Shown here: positions 35,967 through 45,697 of the stretch, piece after piece | Layout of the letters: each line of letters starts with the position of its first letter | Position numbering within the stretch: the first letter of the stretch is position 1 | Source of the DNA: a virus | Reading direction: 5' to 3' (one strand) | IMG/VR virus record: IMGVR_UViG_3300047281_000098 | Coordinates: 1-64,000 of that record | DNA length: 64,000 nt | The notes under the pieces: generated by a model | Told to the model about the DNA's origin: nothing | What the model saw: only the letters and a program-made list of their open reading frames with translations | Databases searched by the model: none | Position numbers and translations under genes: made by a program

Positions 35967-36425
35967 ATGAATTGGTATACGCAAATATCATCTGACCTCA
36001 GTGTGATACCTGATTTTATATCTCACCACGATGCGCAGTTATATGCTGCTAAGGTAGATGTAAAAATCTCAGGGAACATTGAGAGAAATATTGCTGCGTT
36101 ACCGGGTATCACTGAACGCCTCTTCAACCAACTACAGGAAGTTGAAGCGGTGCTTGAATTTTTAAATCTACAGCTACGAAAACTACGCCGTAAGCATTTT
36201 CAAAAGTATCTGGAAGCGTACAACCGAGCATTGACAAGTCGTGATGCTGAACGATACACAGATGGTGAAGAGGAAGTAGTTGACTTTGAAACACTAATCA
36301 ATTCAGTTGCTTTTTTACGCAATCAGTATCTTGGAGTCATCAAGGGTTTGGAGAGTAAAAACTTTATGCTAGGGCATATTGTTCGTCTCAGGGCTGCTGG
36401 TATGGAAGATATCTCACTTAATTAA
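35967..36425 (+). CDS. uvsY: recombination mediator UvsY-like
   Basis: helical, YLEAYNRALTSRDAERY, ends LRAAGMED; next to uvsX. Confidence 0.8.
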   Translation: MNWYTQISSDLSVIPDFISHHDAQLYAAKVDVKISGNIERNIAALPGITERLFNQLQEVEAVLEFLNLQLRKLRRKHFQKYLEAYNRALTSRDAERYTDGEEEVVDFETLINSVAFLRNQYLGVIKGLESKNFMLGHIVRLRAAGMEDISLN

Positions 36426-36432
36426 ATCGGGT

Positions 36433-36471
36433 AAACCTCATATTGACAAGATATGAGGTTTCCGCTATAAT
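36433..36471 (+). promoter_or_regulatory. sigma70 promoter with inverted repeat around -35
   Basis: TTGACA(36443)-17 nt-TATAAT; AAACCTCATAT/ATATGAGGTTT. Confidence 0.8.
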
Positions 36472-36496
36472 AGTCGTATCTTAACACAGGTACCAT

Positions 36497-37246
36497 ATGG
36501 CATACTCTCCCCCTAATCTCTCATCCATCAATACTGTTTGGGAAGACCTCTCACTGATAAGGTCTAATCCAGTAATAGACAATCCGTGGGTTCATTCAGG
36601 TCTTAGAAAAGTAGAATCATTTCAATCTACTGAAGATTTACTGGCACTCGCGGTAACTTGGAAACGATTGCGAGACAACAATATCACACACAATGTCAGC
36701 AGCTTAAAAGATGATGAATTATTTAAGTTCGTCATTGAAGAAGACCGCATTCTTGCTAATACAATCAGGGATTATTACAGCAAGAAATTAATGTTGACGG
36801 TTCTGAAGGAAATACCTCTTACTAAATTCAGAAAAGACCTGAACACCTTTATTCATGGGTCTGGGTTAGAGTTCACCGAATCAACTATTCCTCTGGTTTA
36901 CCGTCTACCTGAATTTTATGAATACGATACCGCAATGGATGTATTACGAAGAGACTTGGTCAGCATTCCCTCAACGCAAAGCTTTAGTAAAGGATCCGAC
37001 TCACTTATCCCAGTAAAGTATTTTAAGAGAAAACTAGCAGGTAAAGTGCGACATGAATATTGGCTCAAGACAGCCAAGAATCACAGTGCTATGATTTTAA
37101 TTGATGATGTCAATCCACTTCAGCATATGTGGGACCGTGAATTTGCCAAGGACCATATTGACATTGCTGCCAATTATATAATTACCAAGCGTGATGACTT
37201 TTCCTTTTATACATTGAAGAAATGGCAATTAGTAGTGGTTGACTGA
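36497..37246 (+). CDS. hypothetical protein
   Basis: 249 aa ORF after promoter. Confidence 0.8.
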   Translation: MAYSPPNLSSINTVWEDLSLIRSNPVIDNPWVHSGLRKVESFQSTEDLLALAVTWKRLRDNNITHNVSSLKDDELFKFVIEEDRILANTIRDYYSKKLMLTVLKEIPLTKFRKDLNTFIHGSGLEFTESTIPLVYRLPEFYEYDTAMDVLRRDLVSIPSTQSFSKGSDSLIPVKYFKRKLAGKVRHEYWLKTAKNHSAMILIDDVNPLQHMWDREFAKDHIDIAANYIITKRDDFSFYTLKKWQLVVVD

Positions 37247-37294
37247 TAATCCAAAAGGTGTTATAATAGATACTTAAACAGCAACAAGGTCACT

Positions 37295-37531
37295 ATGAAA
37301 TCACTGAAACAGTCACAAAAAGTTCGCATTATCGTATCCGGTGTTGCGATTTACACGACAGTGAAACAGCTTCGCTTTGGTCTGTTTGGGTTCGCAAACC
37401 AAAATCTTGCTGCTAATCAAGCCTTGGATGCTCTTGAATCCATGCGTAATAGCAAGGGTTCAGCGGCTGACAGCACCGTCGGTCTTGCTGGAACTTGGTC
37501 ACAGCTTCAAATTCAATTGGATATTCTTTAA
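37295..37531 (+). CDS. hypothetical protein
   Basis: own promoter and AAGG RBS. Confidence 0.75.
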   Translation: MKSLKQSQKVRIIVSGVAIYTTVKQLRFGLFGFANQNLAANQALDALESMRNSKGSAADSTVGLAGTWSQLQIQLDIL

Positions 37532-37599
37532 ATTTCGGTTGACATTAAATCATTTTGGTGATATAATAGACTCATAGACAGCGACAAACAGGACTTAAA

Positions 37600-37845
37600 A
37601 TGAACGAACGCATTAAAGAACTCATTAATCTGAGCGGCATTGAAATTCGGAGAAACTATGATGAAAATGGGTCTACCCCTGCTGAATTACAAAAGTTCGC
37701 CGAGTTGATCGTGAGAGCGTGCGCCGATGCCGCAGACATGGCGTATGATGCCCGGTGTAGTGACGTAGGCGACTATGTTGGAGAGCAGCTTGGTTATGGT
37801 GAAGAACACGGCATCACTGCGTGGCGGCACAGAACCGAAGAATGA
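37600..37845 (+). CDS. MNERI-family small protein
   Basis: MNERIKELI...QKFAELIVRAC...TEE. Confidence 0.85.
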   Translation: MNERIKELINLSGIEIRRNYDENGSTPAELQKFAELIVRACADAADMAYDARCSDVGDYVGEQLGYGEEHGITAWRHRTEE

Positions 37846-37924
37846 ATTGTTGGCAAATTTCGGTTGACATTTAATCCGAAATCTGATATAATAGATACTT
37901 AGACAGCAACAAACAGGACTTAAA

Positions 37925-38155
37925 ATGAACATTGGCACTATCATCAAATCGTTTGACTTCCCCGGTAATTTGAACTGCTACATGGTTGGTACAGTGACTA
38001 AAGTAGAAGGTGACTTTATCACTTGTGATACAATCAAGCAAGTATTCGACGGTAAAGCATTGCCCAATGAACAATTCAACAAAGAATTCCGTACAGTAGC
38101 ACAAGGCTCTGGAATGTTTGATGCTACATTTCAACGCATCGTTGAACTGGCATAA
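37925..38155 (+). CDS. hypothetical protein
   Basis: own promoter, AGGA RBS. Confidence 0.75.
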   Translation: MNIGTIIKSFDFPGNLNCYMVGTVTKVEGDFITCDTIKQVFDGKALPNEQFNKEFRTVAQGSGMFDATFQRIVELA

Positions 38156-38156
38156 T

Positions 38157-38270
38157 ATGTTTCGCAAATTACTTTCAATCCAGTGCGTTGAATGTCAGGA
38201 AGTTCGCGTTTGGTTCTGGCAACGACAATGTTCTTTTTGCGATCCTGGCGAAGGCAAAGTATCGACTTGA
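38157..38270 (+). CDS. 37-aa CxxC-CxxC micro-protein (not in ORF track)
   Basis: MFRKLLSIQCVECQEVRVWFWQRQCSFCDPGEGKVST; stop inside next -35. Confidence 0.55.
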   Translation: MFRKLLSIQCVECQEVRVWFWQRQCSFCDPGEGKVST

Positions 38271-38327
38271 CATTAAATCACTTTTCTGCTATAATAGACT
38301 CTTAACTTACTTACTCTGAGAAATAAA

Positions 38328-38408
38328 ATGAATCAAACTACTAAACAATCTTCTACTGGTGGCGTTATCACTTACACAAAGACCGGATTGATTCACAAAC
38401 AAAAATAA
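38328..38408 (+). CDS. 26-aa micro-protein (not in ORF track)
   Basis: only ORF between two promoters: MNQTTKQSSTGGVITYTKTGLIHKQK. Confidence 0.5.
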   Translation: MNQTTKQSSTGGVITYTKTGLIHKQK

Positions 38409-38465
38409 AGATTGACGATAAATCATTTTTCTGATATAATAGATACTTAACAACAAGGAATCAAC

Positions 38466-38639
38466 ATGAGTAAAATGAGCGAATTGGATCTGACTATTAC
38501 TGAATACCTGGAAGAAGGTGATAATGTTTATCGTATTGCGTCAGTGCTGAATGTTCCGCTGGAGCAGGTTCAAGAAATTGAAGCACGATTGTTCTCACTT
38601 GAAAATGTGCCATACGAAACTTATATTCATTACGGTTGA
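38466..38639 (+). CDS. 57-aa HTH-like protein (not in ORF track)
   Basis: AAGGA RBS; MSKMSEL...RIASVLNVPLEQV. Confidence 0.65.
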   Translation: MSKMSELDLTITEYLEEGDNVYRIASVLNVPLEQVQEIEARLFSLENVPYETYIHYG

Positions 38640-38699
38640 CATTAAATCATTTTGGTGATATAATAGATACTTAAACAGCAACACATAGAAAGATATAGC

Positions 38700-38972
38700 A
38701 TGAAAATGTCACTCACTGAAATCAATACTTTGATGGTTCAGGGTAATACTATTGTTTCTGAGTTACCAACTAGTGAGGGCCAAGTCTCTCGTGTTATTTT
38801 TGGCAAGAACTTTCAGGGCCTACGCATCCCAGTATTGCGTAAAGCACCATATATGGGACCAGCAAGCATCATGTGTGGTACTAAACTGTATTTTGTCGTG
38901 AAAACTAGTGACAAGTCTTATGAGATTCACAAATCTAAAACTGCTTACATGCGTTTTCAAAAACAAAAGTAA
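38700..38972 (+). CDS. hypothetical protein
   Basis: own promoter. Confidence 0.75.
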   Translation: MKMSLTEINTLMVQGNTIVSELPTSEGQVSRVIFGKNFQGLRIPVLRKAPYMGPASIMCGTKLYFVVKTSDKSYEIHKSKTAYMRFQKQK

Positions 38973-39052
38973 AATAAAGTGCCCAAAACTTGACATTAAA
39001 TCATTTCGGTGATATAATAGATACTTAAACAGCAACACATAGAAAGTTATAA

Positions 39053-40063
39053 ATGGCAACAGTTCGCATTCTCTCTGGCACGTATCGTAATCAGGCAGTT
39101 ATTGACAAAAGCTTTACACTTGTAAAGGGATTTCAGACTTCTAAAACTGGCAGTTATGTGACAGTTCAGAATGATGGACAGTTTGCGATTGATATCGCAG
39201 TTGTTAAAGTTAAAGTAGACAGCATTGAACAAATTGAATTTATTGATGGGGCTCCCGAGTTGACAACTAATATTAAAACAGTTACAGAGACTGATGTAGA
39301 AGCAATGGACCGTATTGCTAGTCGTTTTTCAGTTCTTGATGAAATGTCCAGCGCATGTATCGCAGGTAACATTCGTGCGATGATTGTTACTGGTCCTCCG
39401 GGCGTAGGTAAATCTCACGGTGTTACTTTACAAATGGAAAAAGCATCTATGTTTGACAAAATTTCTGGCAAGCGTCCTCGCTTTCAGATTGTCAAAGGTG
39501 CTATGTCAGGCATTGGTCTGTTCGCAACATTGTACAAATACTCTGATGCTAAAAATGTGCTGGTGTTTGATGACTGTGATGTTTGGGAAGATCAAGACGC
39601 ATTGAACGTGTTGAAAGGTGCTCTTGATTCTGGTAAGACTCGTAGAATTTCTTGGAATAAAGATTCTCGTCTGTTGCGCGAAGAAGGTGTGCCGAATACT
39701 TTCAACTTCAATGGCTCTATCATCTTTATTACCAATCTCAACTTCAATGATCGTCGGTCCAAAAAGATTCAAGCTCACTTGGATGCGCTTCAATCTCGTT
39801 GTCACTATCTTGATCTGACTATCAATACTGAACGCGATAAAATTCTGCGTATCAAACAAGTACACCGCGATGCTGATGGTGGTCTGTTTGCTAGCTATGA
39901 TTTTGATAACAACGAAGGTGATATGATCGTTGAATTCATGGAGCAGAATAAAGATAAATTGCGCGAAGTGTCGATGCGTATGGGACTGAAGATTGCTGAC
40001 TTAGTAAAAATTAGCCCACACAATTGGAAGGTACTTACCCAAGCAACTTGTATGAGAGCATAA
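39053..40063 (+). CDS. AAA+ family ATPase
   Basis: GPPGVGKS, LVFDDCD, FITN, ALQSR. Confidence 0.88.
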   Translation: MATVRILSGTYRNQAVIDKSFTLVKGFQTSKTGSYVTVQNDGQFAIDIAVVKVKVDSIEQIEFIDGAPELTTNIKTVTETDVEAMDRIASRFSVLDEMSSACIAGNIRAMIVTGPPGVGKSHGVTLQMEKASMFDKISGKRPRFQIVKGAMSGIGLFATLYKYSDAKNVLVFDDCDVWEDQDALNVLKGALDSGKTRRISWNKDSRLLREEGVPNTFNFNGSIIFITNLNFNDRRSKKIQAHLDALQSRCHYLDLTINTERDKILRIKQVHRDADGGLFASYDFDNNEGDMIVEFMEQNKDKLREVSMRMGLKIADLVKISPHNWKVLTQATCMRA

Positions 40064-40081
40064 CAATTTCTGTCACACATT

Positions 40082-40106
40082 AAAGGGACTAAGGTCCCTT
40101 TCTTTT
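40082..40106 (+). terminator. intrinsic terminator
   Basis: AAAGGGAC-TAAG-GTCCCTTT plus pyrimidine run. Confidence 0.8.
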
Positions 40107-40150
40107 CCTTTATACTTGTATTATTTTTTAGAGTCTGTTATAATCATAGT

Positions 40151-41170
40151 ATGGAATTACAAACATCAGAACATCTAATATATTTTATGAAGCATAATCT
40201 ACGCCTGAGTAGATATGATCAGAGATTCTTAGAAAATTTAGAAATACTAATTCTTCATGAAAATAGAGTTACCACCAATCAAGTAACGCTATTACATAAA
40301 ATAGTCAATACGTATCATAGACAGTTTATTAAATATGACATGTTTATTGAAGCATTAGTAAAGCTTCCGTGGAACGTGCCTCTTGTAACTAGCTCTCCTG
40401 AATATGTTGATACATACATCACAATTGAGGCTGCCGGCGAGGTGATAACGTGTAAAACTCCTTATCATAGAGCCTTTATACAAACTTTTAGTAAATCAAC
40501 TGAGCATTCATTTAAATGGGACAATGATGCGAAAATTTACAGCACATCGTTCAGCACTGGTAATCTAAAATTCATTGTTGATACAACTAAAAAACACTTT
40601 AACAATATACACCTCTGCCCAATAACTACACATCTTCTAGCTGAACTATGCGAATTTGAAGATGTTAAATACTGGACACCCACGCTGGTGTATTCAAATG
40701 GGCTATTGTTTATTGCGGCAATCAATGAAGCATTGTATAATGCGTTATCACATATTGAGTTAGCAGTTGATCCGATAACACTGTCTGAGCTAGTACGGTA
40801 CGGTATCACCATAGATAAATCTGCGTTGGAAAGATGTACTGATGTCATAGCATCTTTCGCCTCACTCTATAGCCCAGTAGTTGAACTAAGTGAGGTACAA
40901 GACATTGTTCCATGGCTACAACAATTAAAATGTGATTGTGTTTATTTCTCCGGCGGCCCTATATTGACAACAGGTAAAGCAGCACTACGTAAGTTGCTAC
41001 ATAGCGTAGATATAGCGTGTCATGAAGTTGGTGACCCAAAGACTGCTGTTGGATCATACTTCTTTCCAGTTATACTGAGATTTAGGGCAGTGTCCGATTT
41101 GTCATATGAGCCATACAAAGTGGCTAAAGTAATTAAATTAGTGGACTCACGTCCTATAACAATAAGGTAA
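40151..41170 (+). CDS. hypothetical protein
   Basis: 339 aa; TTGTAT-17 nt-TATAAT with ATG 6 nt downstream. Confidence 0.8.
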   Translation: MELQTSEHLIYFMKHNLRLSRYDQRFLENLEILILHENRVTTNQVTLLHKIVNTYHRQFIKYDMFIEALVKLPWNVPLVTSSPEYVDTYITIEAAGEVITCKTPYHRAFIQTFSKSTEHSFKWDNDAKIYSTSFSTGNLKFIVDTTKKHFNNIHLCPITTHLLAELCEFEDVKYWTPTLVYSNGLLFIAAINEALYNALSHIELAVDPITLSELVRYGITIDKSALERCTDVIASFASLYSPVVELSEVQDIVPWLQQLKCDCVYFSGGPILTTGKAALRKLLHSVDIACHEVGDPKTAVGSYFFPVILRFRAVSDLSYEPYKVAKVIKLVDSRPITIR

Positions 41171-41172
41171 TA

Positions 41173-42630
41173 ATGAAGAAATGTACGATACATATATCTG
41201 ATGAAGTCAATTGTAAGATTTCAGGATTAGAATTAAGTGAACGCAAGGCACTTATGAAATTATTTGAATATGAAATCCCCGGGGCACGATTCTTGCCTGC
41301 GGTCCGTCTAGGTAGATGGAACGGTAAGATGAGTTATTTTAGCCTTGGGGGAAGTACTTTCGTAAATCTCCTGGAAGAAATTATCCCTGTACTTGATCGT
41401 ATTGGATATGACATTGAGTTGGATGATACCAGAGAGTATCGCACTAACTTTGAGTTCTCTCCTTGTACCGAAGACACATTCAAGCACAAGACTTGGCCCG
41501 TTGGTCATCCAGTCGCTGGTACACCTATCGTATTGCGTGATTATCAAATTGAACTAATCAATAACTTTTTAAGTAACCCAGCGTGTCTACAAGAGATTGC
41601 GACAGGCGCCGGTAAGACAATTATGACTGCGGCACTTAGTTACAATATTGAGCCATATGGACGTAGTATTATCATTGTCCCTAACACCAGCTTAGTAACA
41701 CAGACCGAGAAAGATTATATCAACTTGGGGCTTGACGTAGGTGTATACTATGGTGGACGCAAAGAGATTGGCAAGACTCATACAATTTGTACTTGGCAGA
41801 GTTTGAATGTGATGTTGAAGAATACTAAGTCAGGTGAAGCAGAAGTTAGTATTCAAGACTTCTTGGAAGGTGTTGTATGCGTTATTGTTGATGAAGTTCA
41901 CCAAGCAAAAGCAGACGCCCTGAAAACATTGCTGACTACGGTAATGGCTCAGGTTCCTATTCGTTGGGGATTGACAGGTACTATTCCTAAAGCAAAGATG
42001 GAAAGTCAAGCTCTATTCGTTAGTCTTGGTCCAGTTATCAACAAGCTATCAGCAAGCACTTTACAAGAACAAGGTGTACTGGCAAACTGTCATGTCAATG
42101 TTGTACAATTACAAGATAAAGTTGAGTTCCCTAATTATCAAACAGAGTTAAAGCATCTGCTGGAAGACTCTGTTCGTTTAGATACAGTAGCAGGTCTTAT
42201 CAACAAACTGAAAGAAAGCGGCAATACACTGGTTCTAGTTGACCGTGTGAATGCTGGAACTGAATTAGTCAATCGTATCCCTGATGCTGTGTTTATCAGC
42301 GGTGGTACCAAGGCACAAGTAAGACAAGAAGAATATGACAAAGTGTCCGTGGAGTCTGGATTAGTGCTTGTGGCGACATACGGGGTGGCAGCAGTTGGTA
42401 TTAATATTCCTCGCATTTTCAACGTGGTTCTTATTGAACCCGGTAAGTCATTCGTGCGTGTCATTCAAAGTATTGGTCGAGGCATTCGTAAAGCAGAAGA
42501 TAAGGACCATGTTGAAATTTACGACATTACTTCAAGCTGTAAGTTTGCCAAGCGACATTTGACCAAGCGTAAAGAATTCTATAAAGAGGCCAATTACCCG
42601 TTCTCTATACAGAAACTAAATTACAAATAA
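41173..42630 (+). CDS. uvsW: SF2 DNA helicase UvsW-like
   Basis: LRDYQ, ATGAGKT, DEVH, LTGT, QSIGRGIR. Confidence 0.94.
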   Translation: MKKCTIHISDEVNCKISGLELSERKALMKLFEYEIPGARFLPAVRLGRWNGKMSYFSLGGSTFVNLLEEIIPVLDRIGYDIELDDTREYRTNFEFSPCTEDTFKHKTWPVGHPVAGTPIVLRDYQIELINNFLSNPACLQEIATGAGKTIMTAALSYNIEPYGRSIIIVPNTSLVTQTEKDYINLGLDVGVYYGGRKEIGKTHTICTWQSLNVMLKNTKSGEAEVSIQDFLEGVVCVIVDEVHQAKADALKTLLTTVMAQVPIRWGLTGTIPKAKMESQALFVSLGPVINKLSASTLQEQGVLANCHVNVVQLQDKVEFPNYQTELKHLLEDSVRLDTVAGLINKLKESGNTLVLVDRVNAGTELVNRIPDAVFISGGTKAQVRQEEYDKVSVESGLVLVATYGVAAVGINIPRIFNVVLIEPGKSFVRVIQSIGRGIRKAEDKDHVEIYDITSSCKFAKRHLTKRKEFYKEANYPFSIQKLNYK

Positions 42631-42683
42631 AGCTTGACATTCCCACAGATATAGACTATAATACATTAACTGAAAGACATCCC

Positions 42684-43184
42684 GTGCGTATATTAACCCT
42701 TGACAACACCTTCTATGATTTAGAAACTCTGCCCGAAGAGATTGATGATTTGCGATTCGCAATCCTAGATAATAGCAATCCACTTAATGTAGACTATCAT
42801 TACATTCCGCTGATCTTTCTTGAATCATTTAACTCGCCGGCACTTGTTTTGAAGATTGGTAAGCATACGATTAAAATGCCAGTTGATTGGCAGATTGTAA
42901 TCGGTGAGAAAGAACACGGTGATCTGGAGACATTACCACTGACAAGTATTAATGATCGTGGATTCAATGCGTTTGAATTCAATCCACTATCATCATTCAG
43001 TCCATCATTTCTTCCCATTGAAATCGTTGATATCTACAATGATGTTACTTGGTTCGCCCCACGACTGAAGAACGGTCAATTTCTGTGTGTACCGATTGAA
43101 GATGGATTGAAACCCAAGTGTGTTTACTTTGTTAAAGAAGTAAGCCGTAATTGTGAAATTGTAGACTACTCCCAAGCTTTTTAA
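42684..43184 (+). CDS. conserved hypothetical protein
   Basis: GTG start after TTGACA-17 nt-TATAAT (42634-42662). Confidence 0.78.
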   Translation: MRILTLDNTFYDLETLPEEIDDLRFAILDNSNPLNVDYHYIPLIFLESFNSPALVLKIGKHTIKMPVDWQIVIGEKEHGDLETLPLTSINDRGFNAFEFNPLSSFSPSFLPIEIVDIYNDVTWFAPRLKNGQFLCVPIEDGLKPKCVYFVKEVSRNCEIVDYSQAF

Positions 43185-43185
43185 T

Positions 43186-43617
43186 ATGAACGAAACATTT
43201 TTATTCTTTTCTTATGGTATGCTGACTAACAATGATGTTATGCCTCAGGGTGCTGAAAGACTTGGCCCAGCTGCCTTGCCCGGATTCGAATGGGAAATGT
43301 TATGCTATGCCAATGTGTATGACAAGCCCGGCAACATGGTATTGGGTGTACTTTGGGAAATTGATTACGACATCCTGGATGATCTAGATCACCGAGAAGG
43401 GTACCCCTCATTCTACGGACGAGTATATGCGGATATTATCCATGAAGGCATTCCTAAGCAAGCTTGGGTTTATGTCATGACAGAAGATTATCGCAAAATT
43501 CTTCGTGATACGCCACCGTCGGCTTCGTATGTCAGAACTGTTATCGAAGGATTCGCAACAGATGGCATTACCATGCCAAATTTAAATGTAGCTGAACTTG
43601 GCTACGAAGCATACTAG
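43186..43617 (+). CDS. gamma-glutamylcyclotransferase (AIG2-like)
   Basis: FFSYG, GVLWEI, LDHREGYP..Y, AWVYVM, PSASY. Confidence 0.85.
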   Translation: MNETFLFFSYGMLTNNDVMPQGAERLGPAALPGFEWEMLCYANVYDKPGNMVLGVLWEIDYDILDDLDHREGYPSFYGRVYADIIHEGIPKQAWVYVMTEDYRKILRDTPPSASYVRTVIEGFATDGITMPNLNVAELGYEAY

Positions 43618-43618
43618 T

Positions 43619-44227
43619 ATGGCAACCAAAGTAACTAAAGTAACTAAATCTAAAACTCCAGCTGATGAAAAATTCGGAAATCAAGATTTTGATTTATTCG
43701 AATCGCTGGCAGCAATGGATAAAAAAGACTATGGATATCTTGAACGCCTGACTGAAGAACAACAAAAAAAGTTTGTTCCATTTATGATGACTCATTGGAT
43801 GAGCGCGGTATCAGGTAGCGGTGATGTAGCTGGATACTATGTTCGCAGTGTGGATCATTATGCGAATACTCATTTGTTCAATGAAGTAGTACAAAAACAT
43901 CCTAAGCTTCAATGGTTGATGCTGTGCGCTTCAAGTCCTAACTTAGGTAAGCAATTTCACAAATGGATTCCCCACCTTAGTGGTAAAGTAAGTTTGTTAA
44001 AAGAGCCAGCAAAGACTAAAGATGTCAAAGAGTACTTTAATAAGATTTATCCCAAGACAAGCGAAGATGCCATCGATGGCGCAGCTAAAGCGTTTGTATC
44101 CGATCATAAACGCAAGTGTCATTTAGCTGAACTATTCCCTAATTTAAAGCAAGCTGATATCGAAACTCTTAATCAACTTATTACAGATGCCGACATTGCT
44201 CAATATGATAAAGACCGCGGAAACTAA
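43619..44227 (+). CDS. clamp loader small subunit (T4 gp62-like)
   Basis: FVPFMMTHWMS, HPKLQW, QFHKWI. Confidence 0.6.
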   Translation: MATKVTKVTKSKTPADEKFGNQDFDLFESLAAMDKKDYGYLERLTEEQQKKFVPFMMTHWMSAVSGSGDVAGYYVRSVDHYANTHLFNEVVQKHPKLQWLMLCASSPNLGKQFHKWIPHLSGKVSLLKEPAKTKDVKEYFNKIYPKTSEDAIDGAAKAFVSDHKRKCHLAELFPNLKQADIETLNQLITDADIAQYDKDRGN

Positions 44228-44906
44228 TCCAGTAAAATATGAATGTGAATTTTGTAAGAGAGAATTCGCAAAGGAAGCCACGGTATTCAAACATATATGC
44301 CAATACAAACATCGTTGGGTTGAACGCGACAAGAAGGGCAATCGTATTGGATTTCAAGCTTGGCTACAATTCTATACTCGCAACAGCACAAGTAAAAAGA
44401 ATAGGACCGTTGAAGAATTTATCAAAAGTCCGTACTACAACGCATTTGTAAAATTTGGCAATTACTGTGCGGAAATTAATGCGATAAGCGTCAGTAGATT
44501 CATTGATTGGTTACTGAAAGAACAGATAAAAATTGACACCTGGTGTCAAGACAGTGTTTATACAAAGTTTCTGATTGCTTATACCAGAATCGAAGATCCA
44601 ATGGACGCGATTGTTCGCAGCATTGAAACAACTATTAAATTAGCTGAAACAGAATCAATTCAATCACATGATTGTCTACGATATGGAAATGTAAATCGAA
44701 TTTGTTATGCCATTACCGCAGGGAAGATAAGTCCATGGTTGTTGTATCAAAGCGACAGCGGAACAACATTTCTGTCTAATCTAACTTCTGATAATGTTTC
44801 AATGATTCTTGATTATATCAACCCAGAGCAATGGGCTATTAAGTTCAAAAGATACCCAGAAATTGCTGCTGAAGTCAAAGCATTGTTACGAGCAGGTGGC
44901 TATTGA
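44205..44906 (+). CDS. C2H2-type zinc-finger hypothetical protein
   Basis: YECEFCKREF....FKHIC; start uncertain (44187 or 44205). Confidence 0.75.
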   Translation: MIKTAETNPVKYECEFCKREFAKEATVFKHICQYKHRWVERDKKGNRIGFQAWLQFYTRNSTSKKNRTVEEFIKSPYYNAFVKFGNYCAEINAISVSRFIDWLLKEQIKIDTWCQDSVYTKFLIAYTRIEDPMDAIVRSIETTIKLAETESIQSHDCLRYGNVNRICYAITAGKISPWLLYQSDSGTTFLSNLTSDNVSMILDYINPEQWAIKFKRYPEIAAEVKALLRAGGY

Positions 44907-44931
44907 CATTTAATCCATAATCTGTTATAAT
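44903..44931 (+). promoter_or_regulatory. early promoter heading the LRW array (leaderless)
   Basis: TTGACA-17 nt-TATAAT, ATG 6 nt downstream. Confidence 0.87.
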
Positions 44932-44937
44932 ACAGAT

Positions 44938-45273
44938 ATGAAGACATTATACGACCTTGAAAGTACGGGCTTACATAGTTTTAAGCGAGGTGAACTAACA
45001 TTGTTCACTGCTTATAGGCAGTCTGGCAAAAGTATGCTTAATCAATTGTACGGGACAATTATGACAAAAGGAAACTTTGAGATAACAGATCAGGCCCCAG
45101 TAGATGGAGAGACTTGGTATACTGTTGCGTGTGTCAGTGTCGTATGCGAATGGATGCGTGAGCAACCCAAAGAATTGTGGCACGAACACATTGACCTTAG
45201 GTGGATTCATTATTCAAACAAGTTTGACATACATGAAAAACTCTATACCGTGTTAGCACTGCGATGGAGCTAG
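44938..45273 (+). CDS. LRW-family protein with P-loop-like N-terminal fragment
   Basis: FKRGELTLFTAYRQSGKS ... LALRWS. Confidence 0.8.
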   Translation: MKTLYDLESTGLHSFKRGELTLFTAYRQSGKSMLNQLYGTIMTKGNFEITDQAPVDGETWYTVACVSVVCEWMREQPKELWHEHIDLRWIHYSNKFDIHEKLYTVLALRWS

Positions 45274-45500
45274 AACTAAGTGAAGGTGGAATACACGGTG
45301 CCAGGTATTATATAGTCAGACCCTGGCCATGGGACTCGCACATCACCTGGCTCACAATGGAAGCATGGGCTATTGGAACATTCGGACCAGACGGTGGCTC
45401 TATTTGGAATAATCTTAACTCACGCTGGTATATGAATAATAGCAAATTCTGGTTTCGCACTGAAGCGGATCGTACTTTTTTTATATTAAGATGGCAATGA
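45264..45500 (+). CDS. LRW-family protein
   Basis: ends FRTEADRTFFILRWQ. Confidence 0.8.
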   Translation: MELELSEGGIHGARYYIVRPWPWDSHITWLTMEAWAIGTFGPDGGSIWNNLNSRWYMNNSKFWFRTEADRTFFILRWQ

Positions 45501-45697
45501 GAATTCAAAAAGTGTCCAGCAGTGACAACATACATGCTCCTGGCGAATATATGTATAAAATTCATGACCACTGTAAAGATAGCGACACCCTGAGGGGGTG
45601 GAGAGACGAAATCAAGTTGGATTGTCTCATTTACTCCAATGTTGCTTATTTCAATACCGAAACAGATGCTATGTTTTTCATACTGAGATGGCAATGA
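45497..45697 (+). CDS. LRW-family protein
   Basis: ends FNTETDAMFFILRWQ. Confidence 0.8.
   Translation: MRIQKVSSSDNIHAPGEYMYKIHDHCKDSDTLRGWRDEIKLDCLIYSNVAYFNTETDAMFFILRWQ

Larger units (their letters stand above)
37239..39050 (+). repeat. seven related early promoter elements heading one- or two-gene cassettes
   Basis: TTGAC(A/G/T)-17 nt-TATAATAGA at 37239, 37539, 37864, 38267, 38412, 38636, 38990. Confidence 0.92.

Noticed and set aside
42684-43184. intein or Hint-domain protein
   Set aside because: Beta-rich pattern is only suggestive; no N-terminal Cys/Ser, TxxH or terminal His-Asn.
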